Shown piece after piece: positions 8,257 to 18,454 of a stretch of 64,000 bases of DNA. The first letter of the stretch is position 1. Each line of letters starts with the position of its first letter. The DNA lies in the IMG/VR virus record IMGVR_UViG_3300021373_002801, positions 1-64,000 of that record. The stretch is one strand, 5' to 3'. The translations under genes were made by a program, and so were the position numbers. The notes under the pieces were generated by a model, which saw nothing but the letters and a program-made list of their open reading frames with translations, did not search any database and was not told the origin of the DNA. The DNA is from a virus.

Positions 8257-11200
8257 ATGGCAGTTGGTCGCATATCCGGTCCGCTCTTAAAGGCAAATCT
8301 CATTAGAAATGGGATTGATTTAGCTTTTGAGACAGACCTATTATACTTAGATGTTAACAACCAGCGTGTTGGTATCAAAAATAGTTCTCCTCAGCACGAG
8401 TTAGATGTTACAGGAACATCTAGAGTAAATAATCTTACAGTTACAAATCAAGCAACATTAGGCGATGTAGTAGTGCAAGGAAATACTATTTCATCCAATC
8501 AAACCTATTTGAATTTAGGTACACTAGACAATGTTGTTTATCAAAATAAATTAATAATAGATTCTTTAGAGCTAGAAGGTAATGCAATTAGCACGAGAGA
8601 TTCTAACGCAAATTTAGAATTAAGACCAAACGGAACTGGTACTGTTGAAGTACTTGCAAATATGAATGTTGCTGGAAGCCTACACGCTACTGGTAATATT
8701 AGTGCAGACGGTGATATCACAATAGGTGATACTAGTTCAGATACAATTAATTTCAATGCAGAAGTTGCAAGCAATATTGTTCCAGATTCAACAAACACAT
8801 ATCAATTAGGGACAGATCCTGCAGGCGGCGGCAAACAATGGTCTGATATTTGGGTTAATAATTTTAATGCAACATCAGTTTCTGCAACTGCATTAACAGT
8901 TAACGGCATAGATTTAATATTAAAACAAGGCAATATAATTTATGTTGCAGAAAACGGCAACGACACAAACGACGGTGATCATCCTCAAGCACCTTATGCA
9001 ACTATACAAAAAGCATTAAGCGTAGCAACCGGCGGAGACACTGTGCATGTTTATCCTGGAGAATATACAGAAGTGTTTCCTTTGACTGTACCTGTAGGAG
9101 TTACTGTAAAAGGACACAGTATTAGAAGTGTAAATATTTCTCCAACAACTGCTACAAGATACAATGATGCTTTCTTATTGAACGGCGAAAGCACTGTTGA
9201 AGATTTAACTGTAAAAGATTTTTATAGTGGCGGTAACTATTTTACAACCACAAGCTCACTTCCTGGAGGCATAATAGTAAATGTAGGAACAACTGCTCAA
9301 GCACACACATATGTAAGCGGTGGAACAGTAACAGCAGGTGGTACTACTTATACTGTTACCGCACCTACCAACTATAATGAAGCTACAGGTGATTTAGCTA
9401 TTTTCTTTACGCCTGCTGTAGATTTAGGTATAGGCACAGAGGTATTTGTTTCTAACCTAACATTTAGTTGTAATGGAGACAATAGGATATTTCCAGACAA
9501 CGGATATGCATTCCGTTTTGCAACAGATTTTGCAGTTACTACTCGTTCACCTTACATAAGAAACATCACAGTAATCACAGCAGGTTCAACAACTACAGCA
9601 GATGATCCTAGAGGATTTTTATCAGGTGATGCTGGTAAAGGTGCTTATGTAGACGGAGCATATGCTACAGCTGCATCAAGAGAAGCAGCAATGTTGTTCC
9701 ACAGTGTAACTTTTATTACTCCGGGTGTTGATGGACTTGTCGCAACCAACGGTGCTAGAATTGAATGGTTAAACTGTTTTACGTATTTTGCAAACAGAGG
9801 CCTTCATGCGTTTGACAGCAATGCAGGATTAGCATACGACGGAAAAACAAGAATAAGACTTAGTGGAATAACAGGAACTTTTGTTTCTGGTAACACCGTT
9901 ACGTTTACTTCTACAGATGCATCCAGTGTTGTAAATGTTACAGTAGAAAGTGTCGACAATGATATACTTGTCCTAGATGGAAAAAATACTGATTTATTAA
10001 ATTTTGACACTACACCAGCTAGTATATCAAACGGTGGTGGAGCAACTGCAACAACAATTGAAAATGTAGATATTAGAGATTTTGGTGCAGAAGTAAGAAT
10101 GATTGGATCAGCTAATGTTTACGGTAACTATGGTTTGTATGGCGACGGCGAAGGGGTATTAGTTTATGCAATAGGACAAAACTTAGCATACATAGGTAAT
10201 GGTAAAGAAGTTACAAACGATACCGGTAGTGTTGTACAAGCAAACGAAGTTGTAGAACTTAATGGCGCACAAATTAGATACAGCTCAGTTGACCACAAAG
10301 GTGATTTTAGAGTTGGTGATTTATTTCATGTTAATCAAGAAAACGGTTCTGTAGACTTTGCTGTATCTTCATTAAACATAACACTTACTGACGGTGTTAC
10401 ATTTACTAACGGTGGTGATACAACATTTATTAATGGTTCTAGAATTGATACCGGAAACATTAGAATAAGCGGTAATACAATCGAAAGCACAGCAGGAGCA
10501 CTTAATTTTGTAAGTGCAACAGACCAAATTAATTTAGAAAATAATGTAAGTGTAACTGGTAATATTGATGTTACCGGCGATGTAACAATTGGTGGAAATA
10601 TTACACTCGGCGACAGCGGCGATGATAATTTACAAATTGTTGCAGGAATAGCAAGTGATCTACGTCCTAATGTTACAAGCACCCATAGCTTAGGTACAAG
10701 CACTAACACATGGGCAAACTTGCACGTAGATGAAATGTTTATTGATGATATAATTGTAAACACAAACTATATTACAACAACAAATTCAAATGCAAACTTA
10801 GAACTAAGAGCAAACGGTACCGGCAAAGTTCTAATACCTACAAATGATTTACAAATTGATAATAATATAAAAGTAGACGGCACAGCAACTTTAGCTAATA
10901 CAAGCATTACAGGCACAGTGACATTAGTAGGCGGTCATACACAAACTGGTAATACAGATATCAGCGGTGACGTAACAGTTACTCAAGATTTAACTGTAGG
11001 AGCAGCGGCACAATTTGAAGAAATTAAAATTGATGATAATATTATTACTACAACAAGTAGTAATGCTGATTTAGAACTACGTGCAAACGGTACAGGAAAT
11101 ATATTGATTCCTAATAATAATGTTACAATCAGTAATGACTTACAAATTTTAGGAACTACTAGTTTTGTAGATTTAACATCTACAGGGACTATAACTTCAT

Positions 11201-12060
11201 CACAATTTAGTACAGGTGATATTGTTATTAGAGAAAACTTTATTACTACTACAAATAGTAACAGTAATTTAGAACTAAGAGCCGCAGGTACAGGAAAAAT
11301 TGCAGTTGATGATTTGACATTTGACTCAAGTACTATTGCCAGTTCAGCTGATATTACTCTTACTCCTACTGATGGAGTTGTTACAATTAATGCAACTGGC
11401 GCTATAAATCTACCATCAGGTACAACAGCAGAACGTCCAACACCAGTAGCAGGACAATTTAGGTTCAACAGCGAACTTGCGAGATTTGAAGGATACGATG
11501 GATCAAATTGGATAAAACTAGATGGATTGCAAGATTTAGATGGCAATACAAAAATTACAGCTGAGCTAACTCCGGGAGCTAACGATAACAAAATTAGATT
11601 TTATATCAACGGAAGTATTGTAGCAGATATAGATGCAAGTAGATTTAACACAAATAGAGTAACCGTAGATGACATAGAGATAGACGGTAATCGGATAAGT
11701 AGTATTACTACTAACACAGATTTAAACTTCGTTGCTAATGGCACAGGACAGGTTAAATTTGAAAACTTGGGTGTTACTGATAGCACTATAAAAAATACCG
11801 TAGCTGATGCTGTAACAGTGTTCGAAAATACAGGCGACGGATATGTGAAGTTTGATGGATCTCAAGGTGTAGTGCTACCTGTAGGCGGAAACGCTACTCG
11901 TCCGACAGGAGAAACTGGAATGATAAGGTTTAATACTGATGATTCTAGAGTTGAACTATACGACGGAACAACTTGGGTAAGTGTTGCAGGTGCTAGTGGC
12001 GGTATTTCTTTTGCTCAAGCAGAAGAAATTGCAATAGAGAAAGTATTAATTTTTGGATAG
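8257..12060 (+). CDS. Large fibre/appendage protein (GRISGPLL family, copy B)
   Basis: Paralog of 4528 and 54423; beta-helix domain, five N-x-x-L-E/N-L/F repeats, TAERP motif, C-terminal 'VLIFG'. Confidence 0.8.
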   Translation: MAVGRISGPLLKANLIRNGIDLAFETDLLYLDVNNQRVGIKNSSPQHELDVTGTSRVNNLTVTNQATLGDVVVQGNTISSNQTYLNLGTLDNVVYQNKLIIDSLELEGNAISTRDSNANLELRPNGTGTVEVLANMNVAGSLHATGNISADGDITIGDTSSDTINFNAEVASNIVPDSTNTYQLGTDPAGGGKQWSDIWVNNFNATSVSATALTVNGIDLILKQGNIIYVAENGNDTNDGDHPQAPYATIQKALSVATGGDTVHVYPGEYTEVFPLTVPVGVTVKGHSIRSVNISPTTATRYNDAFLLNGESTVEDLTVKDFYSGGNYFTTTSSLPGGIIVNVGTTAQAHTYVSGGTVTAGGTTYTVTAPTNYNEATGDLAIFFTPAVDLGIGTEVFVSNLTFSCNGDNRIFPDNGYAFRFATDFAVTTRSPYIRNITVITAGSTTTADDPRGFLSGDAGKGAYVDGAYATAASREAAMLFHSVTFITPGVDGLVATNGARIEWLNCFTYFANRGLHAFDSNAGLAYDGKTRIRLSGITGTFVSGNTVTFTSTDASSVVNVTVESVDNDILVLDGKNTDLLNFDTTPASISNGGGATATTIENVDIRDFGAEVRMIGSANVYGNYGLYGDGEGVLVYAIGQNLAYIGNGKEVTNDTGSVVQANEVVELNGAQIRYSSVDHKGDFRVGDLFHVNQENGSVDFAVSSLNITLTDGVTFTNGGDTTFINGSRIDTGNIRISGNTIESTAGALNFVSATDQINLENNVSVTGNIDVTGDVTIGGNITLGDSGDDNLQIVAGIASDLRPNVTSTHSLGTSTNTWANLHVDEMFIDDIIVNTNYITTTNSNANLELRANGTGKVLIPTNDLQIDNNIKVDGTATLANTSITGTVTLVGGHTQTGNTDISGDVTVTQDLTVGAAAQFEEIKIDDNIITTTSSNADLELRANGTGNILIPNNNVTISNDLQILGTTSFVDLTSTGTITSSQFSTGDIVIRENFITTTNSNSNLELRAAGTGKIAVDDLTFDSSTIASSADITLTPTDGVVTINATGAINLPSGTTAERPTPVAGQFRFNSELARFEGYDGSNWIKLDGLQDLDGNTKITAELTPGANDNKIRFYINGSIVADIDASRFNTNRVTVDDIEIDGNRISSITTNTDLNFVANGTGQVKFENLGVTDSTIKNTVADAVTVFENTGDGYVKFDGSQGVVLPVGGNATRPTGETGMIRFNTDDSRVELYDGTTWVSVAGASGGISFAQAEEIAIEKVLIFG

Positions 12061-12064
12061 ATAA

Positions 12065-12394
12065 ATGGCAACAATATTAAAAAATACAGTAATAAAAAAT
12101 TGTGGGACAGTGCCTGTTTTAATTTATGAAACATTGCCTACTACAAGAGTAACAATTTTAGGTTTAAGTTTTACTAACCTAACAGATCAATTTATCTATT
12201 GCGATGTATTAATTAAAGACGACACAAGTGTAACAGGATATTATTTAAAAGACAGCATATTACCAGCAGGAACAAGTTTACGTGCAGTAAGTACAGGTGA
12301 AAAATTAGTTTTAGCACCTAGCAATCAATTACTTGTTAGATCAAGTGTAGATGATTCAGTTGATGTAATAGTTAGCTACGTGGAGATTACATAA
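12065..12394 (+). CDS. Small structural protein (~108-aa family, copy 2)
   Basis: Close paralog of 60192..60521. Confidence 0.75.
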   Translation: MATILKNTVIKNCGTVPVLIYETLPTTRVTILGLSFTNLTDQFIYCDVLIKDDTSVTGYYLKDSILPAGTSLRAVSTGEKLVLAPSNQLLVRSSVDDSVDVIVSYVEIT

Positions 12395-12840
12395 TGACAT
12401 ATTATATAGGAACAAGCCCAACTGATGTTATTGATAGTTTTATAAAACGTTATTTTTACGGAATACGTAGGAACGAAGACGGTGAATTATTTTTAATGAA
12501 ATCAGATCAGTTAGCAGGAGGCGATGAAAATATTGTAGTTGTTAATAATATTGGTATAGCTGAAGAAAACTATTTAGATTTTGAAGAAGGTATCGATTTT
12601 CTAAGCGGTATAGATGAAAATCATGACAAACTTTATGATAATGTACGATATCCTCAATTTAAATGGGACAGTAGATCATTAACATATTTTGTAGATCCTG
12701 TAGACGGACAGTTTATTCAAAGATTGTCACAGGCATATGTATATCCGGATGCAATAAGTAGTCCATCTTACAGCGACGGTGACGATAATTCAGTTTTAAC
12801 AGACCCAACAAGTTATAACCCAGACGGACAAGGATACTAA
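12394..12840 (+). CDS. Hypothetical virion protein
   Basis: Close paralog of 60521..60895 (YFYG.RRN.DGELFL, DFEEGIDFL). Confidence 0.75.
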   Translation: MTYYIGTSPTDVIDSFIKRYFYGIRRNEDGELFLMKSDQLAGGDENIVVVNNIGIAEENYLDFEEGIDFLSGIDENHDKLYDNVRYPQFKWDSRSLTYFVDPVDGQFIQRLSQAYVYPDAISSPSYSDGDDNSVLTDPTSYNPDGQGY

Positions 12841-12842
12841 TT

Positions 12843-15800
12843 ATGGCAGAGTTTTCAATTGATAGATTTAAGTATAACTGGAAGGGTGATTGGACAGCTG
12901 GTGCAGACTATATAAGAGACGATGTTGTTAGAGTAAACGGTAAGTCTTATGTATGTATAGTAACACATACTGCAAGTGCTGCTTTTAGAACAGATCAAGA
13001 AGCAACTGTTCCAGGATCAAGTCCACCAATTCCGCAACCTCGTTGGATTGTAATGACCAGCGGTAGATCTTTTGTAGGAAACTGGACTACTGCAACAGAT
13101 TATAACACAGGTGATATTGTATTATTCCAAGGCTCGTTATATGTGTGTCAAGTAGCACATGCTTCTACAGATTTTCATACTGATGCTGAAAATGTTGATC
13201 AAAGTGTAAGTTCTACTACTGATAAATGGGTAATAATTGCAGTAGGTACAAAATATTTAATAGATTGGAGCAGTGGCACAAGTTACGGATTGAACGCAAT
13301 AGTAAAATATGGCGGCATAGCATACAAGAGTATCAAGGCGCATCTAAGCACAGATAATTTTGGTGATGATACGAAAAATTGGGAGCAATTTTACAACGGG
13401 TACGAGTATAAAGGAGCTTGGGACACTACAACAGATTACAAAGTGAATGACCTTGTTAAGTACGGACCTTCTATTTTTACATGTAATGAAGCACATACTT
13501 CAGGAGATACAGAATTAGACGACACAAAATTTTCAATTACATTTCCTGGAAGCCAATATGATAATGATTGGAATTCAACAACACCTTATAACCAAGGGGA
13601 TATTGTAAGATATGGCGGTAATCTCTACTATGCTGTAAATAACAACTTAGATAGTAATCCTGGTAAAGTTTTAGTAAGTGATACTGAAGATAGCACGATT
13701 GATTGGATAGTATTAGCACACGGATATAATTTTAGAGGAACATGGGCCGGATATGACACAGGATATAAAACCGGTGATATAGTACAACGTGGAGGACAAC
13801 TGTTTATTGCTGTTAGAGATGTAAGTATAAGTGACGGTGATGGAAGTTCTTTAGATTACTTAGATGAAGAAGTTTGGACAAAACTTATGCCAGGCAAGAT
13901 ATTTGCTGGCCCTTGGAATCCTGGTATAATATATAGCGTAGGTGAAGTTGTAATTATTTACGGTGATAGCTATGTATGTAACCAAGAACACCTATCAGCT
14001 GATAATAACTTTCCGGGCGATAACGGTAGTGGGTATGTTTATTGGGATTTATTGGTGCAAGCTGGCCAGCCAGGCGGATTATTATATGCTGGAGACCTTT
14101 TAACATATGGAATAAGTAGGAATTTAGGTGTCGGTGCAGTGGGCGATGGATCAACTGTAGGTGATACTAGGTTAGCAATAGGTAAAACAGGCCAAGTTTT
14201 AAGTATAACAGACGAGTTGGAAGCCTATTGGAGGAATACAATAACTGATACAGACACTATATTTGTAGGAAGGCACGGAGTTGATACTACAGGATACGGA
14301 ATTTCAAAAGAAAAGCCTTTTAGAACTGTTAGATATGCTGCACAGTATATAGAAGATAATTTTACACCACTAAAACCTACAAAAATATCAGTGGCTACAG
14401 GTAGATTTGAAGAAGTAGGTCCTATAACTGTTCCTGCAGGTTGTGCCGTAGTAGGTGACGAACTCAGAGCTACTACTATTATTGCATCTGGACCTAAAAC
14501 AGCGTATTCAGGAACTTATATTACTGAACATTTTGCTGCAATCGACCATCTTACAACAATTATTTTTAATGTATTATCTGGAATTGCTGTAACACCGTTT
14601 GAAGGTAACACTGTGCAACAAAATTTAAAAACACCTCCAACAGATCTTGAGGCTGTAAACCTTTATGTTAATTTAATAGATGATTATAAAAATTATATAA
14701 ATTTTAGAATTGCATCTGGTGAAACTGATCCTGAAATTACAGGCAGTAACACACTTAACAGTGTAGAAAGAGTGAATGCTGGTACTGCAATTGAATTAAA
14801 CAAAGATTTTTTAGCGGCAGAAGCGTATGCATTTTTGGTTGGTACTTATCCAGAAAATACATACGACGAAGTACAAGTAAAACAAGATATACTTTACTAC
14901 TTACGTGGTACAAAAAGAGATGTACAATACGATGGCAATTACGCAATATGTTTTGCTGCTAGATATATAGCTAATAGTTTTACAGGATCACAAAATGACG
15001 ATTTATTTTGGATGCGTGATACTACAGGATTAAGAAATTGTACAACTGATGGATTAACCGGAACGCTTAATCCTCCAGGAGTTTTTGCACAATATCAAAG
15101 ACCAACAGGTGGTTCATTAGTTGCTCTAGATCCAGGATGGGGACCAGCAGACAATAGAACATGGATTGTAAACAGATCACCATACTTACAAGGAGTTACA
15201 AATCTAGGAACAGCATGTGTAGGACAAAAAATTGACGGCGCATTGCACAATGGTGGCAATCGCTCAATGGTATCAAACGATTTTACACAAGTGTTAAGTG
15301 ATGGAATTGGTGCTTGGGTGTTAAATAACGCAAGAGCAGAGCTAGTTTCGGTATTTACATACTATTGTCAAGTAGGATACTTAGCCGAAACAGGCGGAAT
15401 TATACGTGCTACTAACGGAAATAATTCATATGGAACATTCGGCGCTGTGGCAGAAGGCAATAATCCAAATGAAGTACCACAGTCTACAACAGTTAACAAT
15501 CAACAAAACGAAGCTCAAGTAAAAAGTGCTATTGCTGGCGGAACTACAGATCAAATTTTAATATATGAATATACACACTGTGGCGAAGAATATAATACAG
15601 CTAGTTCAGACATTGTTGGTGCAGGCGCAGATGCTAAAGTTGAATTTTCAGACTTTAGAGATGGTGGACTATACGAAGCCAGGTTAATTAATACCACTGG
15701 ATCTGGTAGTGAAGGCGGCTCTAATTATCTTATTAGACAAAATTCAGCACAGGTTACTATTCCAGCAACGGATAGTATAATACTTAACACTAACGAAGAA

Positions 15801-18428
15801 ACACAATTTGATACAGAAATCTTAGGAATGAGACTTCTTATTATTCAAGGCACAGGGGTTGGACAGTACGGGTATGTAGCAGCGTACGATACTAATACAA
15901 AAATTTGTACAGTCAGGAAAGAAAGCACAAACGAATTAGGATGGGATCATGTTATTCCTGGTTGGCCTATAGAAGCAAACTTAGATAGTACAACTACTTA
16001 CAGGATTGAACCAAGAGTAGCAACGACACACCCAGGTTTTTCAGCAACTTATGCAAATCTACCTCAATCAAGAGAAATTTTTGATAGTCAATTTGGCGAT
16101 TTAACAGCATTTTATTTTGATATTGCCATACCAGACGGAAGTGCAGGAGTTCAAGATACTGTTGCAGTGCCGGCGGTATTTAATGTTACAAGAAACGGTG
16201 AAACATATGTTGCCAACATAACAAATCCTGGTGCAGGTTATGCTGTTGGTGATGTATTAACAGTAGCAGGTACAACCTTTGGCGGCACAACACCAGCAAA
16301 CGATCTAATAATAACTGTTACAGAAACAACTCAAGATAGTTCGAATACAATAACAGATTTTACAGTAAGCGGTACAGCAAGATCGGGCAGATATGTTGCT
16401 ATAGCCTCACCAAACTTTGCTATTTACAGTGATGACGGTGTAAGTTGGAACGAAAGTAATTTGTCTAGTGTTAAAACTTATAGTAGACTAGTAGCTGGTA
16501 ACAATAGATTTTTAGCATTAGCTAAAGGCGGAACAGGCTATAGCTTTAGTTATGATGGCCAAAACTGGGTTGACAGAACATTACCAGCAAGTGCAGACTG
16601 GATAGCAGGAGTATACGGCACACCTCCAGGTGTTTCAGGTAGATTTGTTGTTATTGCAGAAAATAGTCAAACAGCAGCGTACAGCACAGATGGTCTGAAT
16701 TGGCAATCAACAACATTACCAGTAGGCGATGACAGTTCGGGAGATCAGTGGCAGGGTATTGCTTACGGACAAGATAGATATGTGGTTATTACAGGTTCTC
16801 AAACAAAAGATGTTGCATACTCACAAGACGGTATAACTTGGTTTAGGTACGACAATGTCTTACCAGCAGGAGATTATACTTGGTTAAATTTAGTCTACGG
16901 TAATAATAGATTTTTAGCATTTGCTTCAAATGGAGAAGTGGCATATAGTGTAGATAGGGGAGCTACTTGGTACTTAGGTACTCCAGCGCCATCATTAGAT
17001 GGATCAACAACGATGGCCTGGCGTGATATAAAATATGGCCAAGGTGTATTCTTAGCAGTGTGCGACACTGGAGGTAAAGAATTTGGAGACCCTACCGGAG
17101 CAACAGTAGGACCTACTACTTATTTGGCAACATCAGAAGATGGTATCAAATGGTATGAAAGAGAAGTACTTTGGCCGCACTATTGGAAAACAGTTATGTT
17201 TAGCAGATTAGGAGATGAGCCTCATTTCTTAATGTTAGCCGATAATAACACAACAAACGCTGTTGCTAAAATAAAAACAGGAGCTCAAGCTAAAGTTAGA
17301 GCAGATATAACAGCAAGATCATTTACTGCTTTCAAGATATGGGATCCAGGCAGCGGATATACAGATAGCAATTTACCAGTGCTTACAATAACCGACACTG
17401 CATTTGTGACAGAAGTAGAGTATGAAAGTCGAATAGGTAATAAAGTTTTAGCACAACCTGACTTTGTTAATAGAGGTTCGGGATATAGAACTAGTACAAG
17501 TACAATTACTATTACAGGTGATGGTTATGCAGACATCGTTGAACAAGGAGCGTTCCTTGTACTAAAGGGTGTTGATCCTACTCTACCTGGACCAGGAGTA
17601 CAAATTAGAATTACAGGTATTTTAGACGAAACAACAGCAGATCCTGAAGACTTAAAGTTATTTGTAGGAGTTTCCGCAACTGATTTAGGCGATGATGGTA
17701 CAGGAAATAATACACGCAATGTAAGATTTCAAATAACACCAACATTAAAAAATGAATACAATCTTGCACACGGCACAACTGCTACATTGTCGCAAGAATA
17801 TAGTCAGTGTAGAATTTCAGGACACGATTTCTTAGACATAGGTACAGGAAATTTCCTACAAACAAACTATCCTGAATTATATGCAGGTGGAGCATACTTT
17901 ACAAGTGCTCCGGAAAATGAAGTTTTAGAAGTTTCAGGAGGTAGAGTGTTCTATGTATCAACTGACCAAGATGGTAACTTTAGAGCAGGTGAATTATTTG
18001 GAGTAAACCAAGCAACAGGTGTTGTAACTATCAGTGCTGAATTTTTTGATTTAGACGGTCTTAGTGAATTATCATTAGGTGGAGTTAGACTTGGTGGTAC
18101 TGGTGCAGTAGTAAACGAATTTAGTACCGATCCAACTTTTAGTGCAGACAGTAATAATATTATTCCTACACAAAAAGCCATTGCTACATTCTTAGCTGCA
18201 CAGTTATCAGTTGGCGGTTCAGATTTAGAAACTAACAATATTGTTGCTGGTCAAGTTTCAGTAGGATCATCAGAAAATATTATTACAATGACAGGCGGCA
18301 GTTATTTAAACATAAACAGGCCTGTGGTGTTAGCTGGTGCTGACAGCAATGGCAATGCATCAGCATTGCAAGGAACTATATTAAGTCAAATGTTATTTTT
18401 AAGGAATTTCAATGACACAGTACAATAA
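12843..18428 (+). CDS. Giant virion protein: W-x5-Y-x3-D-x-V repeats, beta-helix and Asp-box propeller
   Basis: N-terminal repeats resembling CBM5/12 (WxxxxxYxxGDxVxYxG); GDELR motif; six SxDxGxxW-type BNR repeats; 'VNEFSTD' C-terminal region. Confidence 0.8.
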   Translation: MAEFSIDRFKYNWKGDWTAGADYIRDDVVRVNGKSYVCIVTHTASAAFRTDQEATVPGSSPPIPQPRWIVMTSGRSFVGNWTTATDYNTGDIVLFQGSLYVCQVAHASTDFHTDAENVDQSVSSTTDKWVIIAVGTKYLIDWSSGTSYGLNAIVKYGGIAYKSIKAHLSTDNFGDDTKNWEQFYNGYEYKGAWDTTTDYKVNDLVKYGPSIFTCNEAHTSGDTELDDTKFSITFPGSQYDNDWNSTTPYNQGDIVRYGGNLYYAVNNNLDSNPGKVLVSDTEDSTIDWIVLAHGYNFRGTWAGYDTGYKTGDIVQRGGQLFIAVRDVSISDGDGSSLDYLDEEVWTKLMPGKIFAGPWNPGIIYSVGEVVIIYGDSYVCNQEHLSADNNFPGDNGSGYVYWDLLVQAGQPGGLLYAGDLLTYGISRNLGVGAVGDGSTVGDTRLAIGKTGQVLSITDELEAYWRNTITDTDTIFVGRHGVDTTGYGISKEKPFRTVRYAAQYIEDNFTPLKPTKISVATGRFEEVGPITVPAGCAVVGDELRATTIIASGPKTAYSGTYITEHFAAIDHLTTIIFNVLSGIAVTPFEGNTVQQNLKTPPTDLEAVNLYVNLIDDYKNYINFRIASGETDPEITGSNTLNSVERVNAGTAIELNKDFLAAEAYAFLVGTYPENTYDEVQVKQDILYYLRGTKRDVQYDGNYAICFAARYIANSFTGSQNDDLFWMRDTTGLRNCTTDGLTGTLNPPGVFAQYQRPTGGSLVALDPGWGPADNRTWIVNRSPYLQGVTNLGTACVGQKIDGALHNGGNRSMVSNDFTQVLSDGIGAWVLNNARAELVSVFTYYCQVGYLAETGGIIRATNGNNSYGTFGAVAEGNNPNEVPQSTTVNNQQNEAQVKSAIAGGTTDQILIYEYTHCGEEYNTASSDIVGAGADAKVEFSDFRDGGLYEARLINTTGSGSEGGSNYLIRQNSAQVTIPATDSIILNTNEETQFDTEILGMRLLIIQGTGVGQYGYVAAYDTNTKICTVRKESTNELGWDHVIPGWPIEANLDSTTTYRIEPRVATTHPGFSATYANLPQSREIFDSQFGDLTAFYFDIAIPDGSAGVQDTVAVPAVFNVTRNGETYVANITNPGAGYAVGDVLTVAGTTFGGTTPANDLIITVTETTQDSSNTITDFTVSGTARSGRYVAIASPNFAIYSDDGVSWNESNLSSVKTYSRLVAGNNRFLALAKGGTGYSFSYDGQNWVDRTLPASADWIAGVYGTPPGVSGRFVVIAENSQTAAYSTDGLNWQSTTLPVGDDSSGDQWQGIAYGQDRYVVITGSQTKDVAYSQDGITWFRYDNVLPAGDYTWLNLVYGNNRFLAFASNGEVAYSVDRGATWYLGTPAPSLDGSTTMAWRDIKYGQGVFLAVCDTGGKEFGDPTGATVGPTTYLATSEDGIKWYEREVLWPHYWKTVMFSRLGDEPHFLMLADNNTTNAVAKIKTGAQAKVRADITARSFTAFKIWDPGSGYTDSNLPVLTITDTAFVTEVEYESRIGNKVLAQPDFVNRGSGYRTSTSTITITGDGYADIVEQGAFLVLKGVDPTLPGPGVQIRITGILDETTADPEDLKLFVGVSATDLGDDGTGNNTRNVRFQITPTLKNEYNLAHGTTATLSQEYSQCRISGHDFLDIGTGNFLQTNYPELYAGGAYFTSAPENEVLEVSGGRVFYVSTDQDGNFRAGELFGVNQATGVVTISAEFFDLDGLSELSLGGVRLGGTGAVVNEFSTDPTFSADSNNIIPTQKAIATFLAAQLSVGGSDLETNNIVAGQVSVGSSENIITMTGGSYLNINRPVVLAGADSNGNASALQGTILSQMLFLRNFNDTVQ

Positions 18429-18436
18429 GATAAATA
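18429..18436 (+). promoter_or_regulatory. Late promoter core (GATAAATA)
   Basis: Intergenic, upstream of SD GGAG. Confidence 0.6.
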
Positions 18437-18454
18437 ACATAGCGGAGCAGATTA

